From Planctomycetota bacterium (lineage in GTDB: Bacteria; Planctomycetota; B15-G4), in assembly GCA_965248575.1 (NCBI GenBank), contig CBDFJQ010000002.1, forward strand, positions 1,856,001 through 1,920,000: a stretch of 64,000 bases of DNA, written 5' to 3'. Position 1 is the stretch's first letter. Each line of letters begins with the position of its first letter. A model generated the notes under the pieces. That model made no database searches. It had not been told where the DNA came from and saw nothing but the letters and a program-made list of their open reading frames with translations. The position numbers were made by a program, and so were the translations under genes. Shown piece by piece: positions 56,943 through 64,000 of this stretch.

Positions 56943-57596
56943 ATGAATCGCCTCACGATCATCACCCTCGCTGGCGCCCTTGTCTTGGGCACCGGAGTTG
57001 CAGCCGTTACCAAGCTGACGGCCGATGACCCCTTGCCGGAAGTGCCGGCAGTCACCCACACGAGCCCGGTCCAGTTGGTCCTCGCTCGCCCCTTCACCTT
57101 GGAGACTCCTTATGTCCATGCGTGGCGCGCCGAGCGTCCGCAGGTGACGGCAGGGGTCGCGCTGGTCCTGCAGGTCGAGGATCGATCCCTGATCCACCCG
57201 CGGCAGGGGTACGAACCCGTGCTCTATGTGGGCGAGCAGACGGCAGAGCGCCTCAACGCAGGGCACGAGTCCGGCTACGTGGTCGCCATCGTTCCTGCGT
57301 CGGTGAATGCCGCTGGAAGCGTCAACCTGGACCTCAGCGCTACGCCGATCTATTTCGGTGACCCTGCGTTGCCGGAACAGATCGACGCCGCCACCGCCCA
57401 AGCTCAGTTGGCGAAGGCCTTGGCTGACGGAGTCCAGGCGGCTCCGACAGAAGCTGTCACCCAGGTTCTCCAGAGCCAGGTGCACTTCAACAACGACTGG
57501 GAACTCCGCGTCTGGGCGGCGGACCTGATTGAGCAGTTCTCGCCGCTGGAGGCGGACCTCGTGAGCGGCCTGCGCGCTCCACTCGTGGGCGGCTAG
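56943..57596 (+). CDS. Secreted hypothetical protein, probably co-transcribed with the hydrolase
   Basis: Signal peptide; 16-nt gap after the hydrolase stop. Confidence 0.8.
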   Translation: MNRLTIITLAGALVLGTGVAAVTKLTADDPLPEVPAVTHTSPVQLVLARPFTLETPYVHAWRAERPQVTAGVALVLQVEDRSLIHPRQGYEPVLYVGEQTAERLNAGHESGYVVAIVPASVNAAGSVNLDLSATPIYFGDPALPEQIDAATAQAQLAKALADGVQAAPTEAVTQVLQSQVHFNNDWELRVWAADLIEQFSPLEADLVSGLRAPLVGG

Positions 57597-57643
57597 TCGC
57601 CTGCTTCAAATCGTCGAGCCAGTGCTCGACTGTTGGGCCCCTC

Positions 57644-57748
57644 GCGCCCGTCGACCCCATCCGTGGTGTCGGCGGGCGTGTGGCGTTGGTGGGGCCCTTG
57701 TTCACGCAGAGCGCCCGCCGACACGATCAGCCGTGTCGACGGGCGCTC
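57644..57748. repeat. Inverted pair of REP-like palindromic units
   Basis: Unit 1 (57644-57679) GCGCCCGTCGAC-N10-GTGTCGGCGGGCG; unit 2 (57711-57746) is its reverse complement with a different 10-nt centre. Confidence 0.65.
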
Positions 57749-57800
57749 GGAAACTCCAGGCGCTGATCTGGCGCCTGCACTTCTTCTTCAGCTTCTCTTG

Positions 57801-58289
57801 CTAGTCGTCGTCCAGGCTCCAGAAGCCACCACCGATGATGCTCGAAACGAAGTCGAAGATGTCCCAAGTGTGCACCGTCACATGGCCGCCCCAACCCACT
57901 CCGAATTTGACGCCGATATCCCAGACCCGCTCGTGATAGGCCCGCTCGCCCGTCTCATCCTCAAGATACAGCGGGCAGTTCCACGTGCCTTCGAAGATCT
58001 CGGACTCGATGCCCAAGACGCCGAAGTCGGCGTACTCGCCAATGCCCAAGCGCAAGATGTTGGTGGCCTGCACATGCACTCCAGCACCGTAGCCAGAGCC
58101 GATGTTCATGCTGAGAATGTCCCAAGCATCATCGAAGATCCCGGGGATCCATCCTTGGAAACCGGATGAGCCACCGTCCTCCTGGACGGCGAGTGCGGGT
58201 GCCTCAGCGGAAATCACGGGTGGCGCATTCATCGTGCCTGCGCAACCGACAGTGCACAGCAATGCCATGCAGAGAAGCTTTGAGTTCAT
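57801..58289 (-). CDS. Hypothetical lipoprotein, distantly similar to 45527-46147
   Basis: AAGGAG RBS; lipobox TVGC; DAWDILS...G.G.GVHVQAT and C-terminal DIFDF......DDD. Confidence 0.78.
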   Translation of the reverse strand: MNSKLLCMALLCTVGCAGTMNAPPVISAEAPALAVQEDGGSSGFQGWIPGIFDDAWDILSMNIGSGYGAGVHVQATNILRLGIGEYADFGVLGIESEIFEGTWNCPLYLEDETGERAYHERVWDIGVKFGVGWGGHVTVHTWDIFDFVSSIIGGGFWSLDDD

Positions 58290-58515
58290 CCTGCGTCTCC
58301 TTGATAGACAGACCGGTGAATCGGTCACTTCAGCCGTTGCATACGAACGGCATCCCGAAAACCGTAGGCCCGCGGTCCCGGTCGTTCAAAGTTATTGCAG
58401 GTGTTCCCAGCGCTTCGACATGTCGTTCGCCCCGTTTCTTTACGACTTCGACTCAACCTTCGCCCATCTGCACCGATAGCAGATCGATCAGACACCGTCC
58501 GACGTGTCTGATCAG

Positions 58516-61356
58516 CTAGTTGGCGCTGACGAACTCGCGATACGCGCTCAGGAAATGCTGGACATCGAGCCGCGTGTCCCAGCGCGAGAGATCTCCATGT
58601 GCCGCAGCAGCGCGGATCTGCTCGACGCCCTTGAGCAGGAAGCCCGCATCCCCTGTGTCTCGCCAGCTCTCCGCCATCCCAAGCAGGATGGGATGGAAAT
58701 CGGTGTTCTCCCAGTTCGTGACCTGTTGCAGCGAGACCGCGTAGGAATAGACGAGCCGTTGGTCAACGGGATTGGGAAGCGAAGGAAACAACTCTTTCAT
58801 CGTCCAACGCGAGAGGTCCTGCATGCGCCCCCGAGAGACGGCCAGCCAAGGGTTGCCCGGCGGCAGGGCCCGCGCAGCGTGGAAATACCCGAGCGGCCCC
58901 AGGCTTGCTGAGATGAAACCTCGCGCCTGGAAGTTTTCGCCCGCCGGCTTCTCGTTCTTGTTGTCGGACGAGTTGACGTAGTAACCACGCGCCCCCTGCC
59001 CCGGGCTCGCTTCCCACCCGAACCCGCTGGTGGCCGTCTTGATGTCGATGATCGGGGTGGCAATGTAGGCCAACCGATCCGTCACCTCCTGCAACAGGCT
59101 CGCGTCCCGGGTGAACTCGGAAACATAGGCCAGGGCCCGAAGCGTCTGGTACATGGAACGCTCATGCGCCCAGATCGAAACACCGGGAAGAATCTCCGCC
59201 TCGTCGAACAACGCATCCCGAAAGCGTCCATCCCCCGTCAGGTAGTAGGCGAGGGCGATGCCTTCCCGATACCGATGCTCGTCGTCGCTGAAATGCCCGG
59301 TGCTGTGCGGGATCTCATCGTTGCTGGCGCCCGGGTCGTCCGGGTCACTGAAATCATCGGAACGCCGGATCTGCCACTCAGTCTTGTAAAGCGCCAGGCT
59401 CAGGGCGTTGAGATAGTGCCCACCCACTCCGCTGCGCAACCAATCGCCACCCAAGGCGATTTCAATACCAGCCTGGTTGTTCGACCCTCCGGTCGTTCCC
59501 TTGTACAGGTAGCGAGGGATGTTCAGGTCGGGGTTGTCGGGCACGATGACGTGCTTCAAACCCATCAACGTGTAGGCCTGTTCGTGCTCGGACTCCGTGA
59601 GCAGGTCGTAGGGAAAGACCCCTGCCCGGTCGTAGTGCGCATAGTCCGCTGCTCGGCCTGACAAGGGCACGTCCAGGTGGCGCGTGGGCAAGGAAAGGTC
59701 GGCACCCGAGTTCCCGTGGAATGAGAACACCGCGCCACGGCTCTCGTGCTGGCGCCACACAAACGTAAACGGTGTCGGATTCTGCGCCGGGAACAAGCCC
59801 ACGACGACGGTGCCGTCCCCACGCGCCTCCAGAGCGGCCGGCCACTGGTAGGCCATGTGCTGGATTCCAACGGTCAGTCCCGCGCTGTCCCCGGAGAGAT
59901 CCAGCCAGGCATGCTGGGGGTATCCGTTCTCGTAGCCCAAGGCATTCAGCTTCACTCCATCGATCTCGAGCTGATAGCCCTGCTGCAGGAAGACCTTGTT
60001 GTTCGCCGGGTTGGTCGGGAGATGCGGCAAGTACTGGGCCCCACCGAGACCCGACGTCTTCGCGGAGGAGTAGGCCTGGTACAGCACGGCCGTGGAGTCC
60101 GCCGACGGCTGAAGGGGCTGCGTCACGGGGCCGAGATGCGTGGAGGCGGACACCGTGGGCTGCCCGAAGGAACGCACCCGGGCCACCAGCGCGATCGCGT
60201 CGAGGACCGCGTGCTGCGGCCGGTCGATGGAGGCGTTCCGCACGGTGAACACGACCTCGACATCGCGACTTCCACGACGAGCGATTATGCGGCAGGTGAA
60301 GTCCAGGTGCCCCTTCCCATTGGAGTCGTAGAGCGTGCCGTCCGCTCGGACCACCGCGCGTGCCGGCCCGTTCTCCTCCAACCAGACAGCCGTGTTCTTG
60401 CCTGGAGCGAGGCTCTCTCCAGCCCCACCGCGGGCCACGATTCCGGTGGCCGTGTAGTCGTGGATGACGACCTCCCCATCCACGGTGACGGAGTGGAACA
60501 GGTTGAATCCCTTTGTCCGCACGATGGCCTGCAACGGCCCCGTGTTCAGCAGGATCTTGCTCTGTGACTGCATGCCGATCGGCGGCCCCCCCGCCTCGCC
60601 TGGCCCCGCGACGACGCTCAAGCCGGTGAGGGCTTGATCCGCCACGACGCTGGCCTGCACATCACAGAGCACCCAGCGGGCCGAGCCGTCTGGCCAGGTA
60701 TCAAGGGTCCGGAACTGCCAGACGTCCGACCCCACGATCCCAAGCGCCGGCCGACCGGCCACCACCGGAACCGCATCCGTCATCGCGAAGGGCAGTCCGA
60801 AGGTTGCAACGCCCTCCGGACGGTCGACGCCCACGAGATCGTCCGGCAGGGCCTCCTGAAGGATGATCGGCACGTCGATCACCCCTCCGGTCGTCGGGAC
60901 CTGCCCATCGAAATAGGTAGGGTCGATGGCCACGATCTTGGCCACCACCAGCTGCAGCTTCTTCTGGCGCTTGGCCACCCGGGCAAGAGCCTTCTTCTCC
61001 ACCTTGCCAGCCTTGATCAACTGAGCCTTTGCCTTCTTCACGACCTTCTTGGCGGCAGGCGGGGTCTGCGCGAGCAGGGCCAGCAGGTCCGTCGAGGCCA
61101 CGGACTTCGCCGTCAGCGCAGCCACCAGATCCACCTGGGCTGCCTGCAACGACAGAACACGCTTGGCGTGCTTCTTCAGCAACTTGGGCGGAATGCTCGT
61201 GGCGGCCGGCGCGCTGACGGCCGTCGGCAGCGCCATGCTGGCCTGGAGCGTCCCGGGAGCATCTCGAGAGGGGCTCCAAGAAAGGGCAATCAAAAACAGC
61301 GCGACGAGGGCGGCTGAACGAAGGGTCTGGAGCCTGGGCAGGGGCTTCCGGGTCAT
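58516..61356 (-). CDS. Large secreted protein with PcRGLX/YetA-like (exo-rhamnogalacturonan lyase-like) domains and Lys-rich N-terminal helix
   Basis: T.GLPF, Q.R.L..WPDGS.RW, LNTGPL...V and EENGP.RAVV...G motifs typical of YetA/PL26-like N-terminal domains; helical C-terminus with YYLTGD.R..D. Confidence 0.65.
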   Translation of the reverse strand: MTRKPLPRLQTLRSAALVALFLIALSWSPSRDAPGTLQASMALPTAVSAPAATSIPPKLLKKHAKRVLSLQAAQVDLVAALTAKSVASTDLLALLAQTPPAAKKVVKKAKAQLIKAGKVEKKALARVAKRQKKLQLVVAKIVAIDPTYFDGQVPTTGGVIDVPIILQEALPDDLVGVDRPEGVATFGLPFAMTDAVPVVAGRPALGIVGSDVWQFRTLDTWPDGSARWVLCDVQASVVADQALTGLSVVAGPGEAGGPPIGMQSQSKILLNTGPLQAIVRTKGFNLFHSVTVDGEVVIHDYTATGIVARGGAGESLAPGKNTAVWLEENGPARAVVRADGTLYDSNGKGHLDFTCRIIARRGSRDVEVVFTVRNASIDRPQHAVLDAIALVARVRSFGQPTVSASTHLGPVTQPLQPSADSTAVLYQAYSSAKTSGLGGAQYLPHLPTNPANNKVFLQQGYQLEIDGVKLNALGYENGYPQHAWLDLSGDSAGLTVGIQHMAYQWPAALEARGDGTVVVGLFPAQNPTPFTFVWRQHESRGAVFSFHGNSGADLSLPTRHLDVPLSGRAADYAHYDRAGVFPYDLLTESEHEQAYTLMGLKHVIVPDNPDLNIPRYLYKGTTGGSNNQAGIEIALGGDWLRSGVGGHYLNALSLALYKTEWQIRRSDDFSDPDDPGASNDEIPHSTGHFSDDEHRYREGIALAYYLTGDGRFRDALFDEAEILPGVSIWAHERSMYQTLRALAYVSEFTRDASLLQEVTDRLAYIATPIIDIKTATSGFGWEASPGQGARGYYVNSSDNKNEKPAGENFQARGFISASLGPLGYFHAARALPPGNPWLAVSRGRMQDLSRWTMKELFPSLPNPVDQRLVYSYAVSLQQVTNWENTDFHPILLGMAESWRDTGDAGFLLKGVEQIRAAAAHGDLSRWDTRLDVQHFLSAYREFVSAN

Positions 61357-61647
61357 GGTTTGTCTCGGTGTCAGATCTAGGTGGGTCGCCGTTCGCCCTG
61401 GAAAACAAGCGAAACGGAGAGGGGGCTATCCGACCTATCGCGCCCAAGCAGTCGGTTCACTGACAACTTTGGAAGGACACGAAATCGGGGGTTGGGCAAG
61501 GCAGATATCGACGAGCTTCGAGATCCCGCTTAGACTCGGCCGCTCAATCTGTCGGCCCCGAATCACGGCATCCGGATACCCAGGGCCAACGGACCCCGAA
61601 CCCCTCGCACTTTCTCTCCAAGCTCTCCCTCTCCAACTGGAGCCCCC

Positions 61648-63819
61648 ATGTACAAACGCCTCGTTGTGGCTGCGTGCCTTCTGGCTGCCTGCCCGTTCAG
61701 TTCAGCTCAGCTCACGCCCTGGGAAGCAGAAGGCGGCCGCGTCGTCATTCACTTCCTTGATGAAGTCCTCGAACAGGCGGGCTTGGGTCTGCTCCAGGTC
61801 GACGAGACCGTCATCACCGGCGACCCCGTCGCTGAAGAACAAGAGGGCAGCTTGCTCGGCTTCCTGATTCAGCCCGAGTCCGACCTCATGGCTCTGCGGA
61901 CTCCCGATGGCTCATTCCAGCCCTACGGCGTCTTGGGAGGTTCGGTGAGTGTCTCCGGTGGCTTCTTCCTTGCCGACCTCGCCAGCGGGAAAGGCGTGGA
62001 CTTCCACGACTTCTCGGTGCGCCCGCGTCTGGCGCGCAATGACGGCCCGGCGGGCGAGCCCGATCCCGACTACTTCTTCCTGACCCCGGCGAGCGACCCG
62101 GACTTCGACGCCTTCAAGATGTGCTACGTGAAGGTCTACTTCCTGGATGGCCTGGGCTACCAGGACCCGGCAGGCGGCGACCACAAGCTCCCCGACCAGC
62201 TGCGGGTCAAAGCCTGGGACCTGATCGTCACGGCTGAACTGGCCGAGGCCCTCGGGCGCCCTGAGCTCGAGGACATGATCCTGGGCTACGGCAAGGTGGA
62301 AGCAGACGTCAAGGAATTCACCGGCCACTGGGAGCACCCCGAAGGCCAGAACATCTTCACGCCGTTCACCGGTACTGGCACGGGTGCGGACGACAGCGAG
62401 AGCGCACAGCTCGGCACCAACCTCGACGTCAAGCTGGGCATCCTGAGCGGCATCAACCAGGTCGGCCACACGGGCACCTTCCCCAACGGACGCGCAGGCC
62501 TCTCCATGTCCACCACGAGTTGCAACGTGGGCGACGTCAACGTGACCTGGCTGCAGGCCATGAACGAGGATCACCCCGGCATCGCCATGAACCTCTTCCG
62601 TGAGGGCAATGGCCGATTCGAGCAGGTGGGTGTGTCCTGGATCAAGCACGGCTTCTTCGCCCTGTCCAACAGCCAGTGCACCCAATGCCAGAATCCCAGC
62701 GGTGGGACCTTCCTTGGCGTCGGTTGCTCGGACACCTACGGCTCCAGCAACAACGCCGACCGCTTCTGGCTCGGCCCGCGCGACGAGTGGAACGCCTGGC
62801 GTGGCACCTGGACCTGCCTCGGCTCCTTCTTCGATGGCTCGCCGCAGGACTGTGTCCGCAGCCAGACCGGTGGCGGCCTGAACCCGGTCGACCACCGGCT
62901 CGAGGCCTTTGACGCTGACCTGGGCAACGCCGGCGCCAACTACTACTACGAGGCCAACTACCTGGTGAAGGGCGACAACGACCTGAACAACAACATCGGG
63001 TCCCGCGCCTGCACCATGAGCTGGAACGGCTTCTCCTGGCAGTTCTCCACGCCTGGCGGCGGCAACCCGCTGGTAGAAGGCCCGGCGTTGTTCAACCGCT
63101 GGGGTGATGTGCGCACCATCGACGGCCTGGGCGCCGAGGACGGCAAGGTTGTGCTCTCCGCCACCACGACCCAGCTCGGCCCAGGTTTGTGGCGTTACGA
63201 GTACGCGCTCTACAACTGGAGCCTGGATCGCAAGGTGGATTCCATCTCCTTCCCGCTGCCCGGCAACAGCTCCAACTACTACTTCCACGACATCGACAAT
63301 CAGGCGGGCAATGACTGGGTCGTGAGCACGACCAACAACAGGCTGACGTGGGCGGACCCGGGCGTCACCCTCCCGGGCCACAAGGTGGCTGGACCGCTGG
63401 AGTTCGGCACCCTCTACAACTTCGGCTTCACGAGCGGCCGTCCCCCGGCCACCCGTGATGCGGTCCTGGGCATCCACGAGTCGGGCATGGGCGGCGACCT
63501 GCTGTCCGTGGAGATCGTCGGCCCCGACTTCCTCGAGCTGACGGCAACGGATGTGGCGCCTAGCGAAGGGCAGAACATCCAGGTCGAGATGCGCGGCGGT
63601 ACGGACCTCGGCCTGGCCGCCGTGCTGTCCGTGAACGGCACGCCCGTCACGCCCGTCTTCATCGGCGGCCTGCAGCCCTTCGTGAGTGGTGAAGCAGGCT
63701 TCCCCGTCACCATTCCCGCAGGTGCTTCCGGCATCAGCGTCGAACTCATCGCGGCAGACGTGGACGCTTCCCTCAACATCCACGCCCTGTCCAACGTGAT
63801 GGAGCTGATCGTCCAGTAA
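61648..63819 (+). CDS. Secreted Cys-rich protein of unknown function
   Basis: Signal peptide; core TTSCNVG...HP.IAMNLFR...RFEQVG.SW.KHGFFAL...LGVGCSDTY...LGPR; FGTLYNFGF; small C-terminal domain ending SNVMELIVQ. Confidence 0.85.
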   Translation: MYKRLVVAACLLAACPFSSAQLTPWEAEGGRVVIHFLDEVLEQAGLGLLQVDETVITGDPVAEEQEGSLLGFLIQPESDLMALRTPDGSFQPYGVLGGSVSVSGGFFLADLASGKGVDFHDFSVRPRLARNDGPAGEPDPDYFFLTPASDPDFDAFKMCYVKVYFLDGLGYQDPAGGDHKLPDQLRVKAWDLIVTAELAEALGRPELEDMILGYGKVEADVKEFTGHWEHPEGQNIFTPFTGTGTGADDSESAQLGTNLDVKLGILSGINQVGHTGTFPNGRAGLSMSTTSCNVGDVNVTWLQAMNEDHPGIAMNLFREGNGRFEQVGVSWIKHGFFALSNSQCTQCQNPSGGTFLGVGCSDTYGSSNNADRFWLGPRDEWNAWRGTWTCLGSFFDGSPQDCVRSQTGGGLNPVDHRLEAFDADLGNAGANYYYEANYLVKGDNDLNNNIGSRACTMSWNGFSWQFSTPGGGNPLVEGPALFNRWGDVRTIDGLGAEDGKVVLSATTTQLGPGLWRYEYALYNWSLDRKVDSISFPLPGNSSNYYFHDIDNQAGNDWVVSTTNNRLTWADPGVTLPGHKVAGPLEFGTLYNFGFTSGRPPATRDAVLGIHESGMGGDLLSVEIVGPDFLELTATDVAPSEGQNIQVEMRGGTDLGLAAVLSVNGTPVTPVFIGGLQPFVSGEAGFPVTIPAGASGISVELIAADVDASLNIHALSNVMELIVQ

Positions 63820-64000
63820 TGGGCCGGGTAAACCCTTCAGCGGACGCCCCTCGGGCGCGCGCTGCGGGAGACGTCATCAGCCAAGACCCGCAGGGCTTGG
63901 CTTCGGGTTCAGAAGCCCGGAGTCAGGCCCTGCTTGCTTTCGAGGTCCGTGCGCGCGTCGAGCAGTGGGTCAGCGTATGGCGGTGAGGACCCCGACTGGC

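Noticed and set aside
63909..64000. Possible 3' end of a minus-strand gene (...PYADPLLDARTDLESKQGLTPGF*)
   Set aside because: Only ~29 codons are visible, too little to support a call.
1..64000. CRISPR array, rRNA, tRNA, transposase or integrase
   Set aside because: No regularly spaced repeats, RNA-gene signatures or DDE/recombinase motifs were seen.

Overview
GC-rich bacterial window. Gene content (DUF1570, CRTAC1/ASPIC, sulfatase-like and many secreted proteins) suggests a Planctomycetota-like organism; this is inference only. From left to right: a phosphoketolase cut by the window edge; three secreted proteins (a conditioned-medium-factor-like hydrolase and two proteins sharing an unnamed C-terminal domain); an FTCD carrying an inserted C2H2 zinc-finger motif; and GT39-like, sulfatase-like and FkbM genes. 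Next is a ~30 kb hybrid PKS-NRPS biosynthetic cluster (about 13.5-43.8 kb). It holds two B12-dependent radical SAM enzymes, a type II thioesterase, an acyl-CoA ligase, an FcoT/ScoD-like hotdog thioesterase, a C-A-T-C-A-T-R NRPS, a PPTase, an SDR, FabH, a degenerate condensation-like protein and an ACP-KS-AT-DH-ER-KR-ACP PKS. It resembles isonitrile-lipopeptide clusters but has no ScoE oxygenase or free ACP. After a structured intergenic region with a strong terminator comes a probable selenoprotein that the ORF track splits in two (redoxin UxxC + DsbD-N domain, with a SECIS-like hairpin). The rest is lipoproteins, HspQ, a CsgG-DUF4810-DUF799 operon and large secreted proteins. No tRNA, rRNA, CRISPR array or transposase was recognised. 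All family calls come from motif recognition by eye, not database searches.
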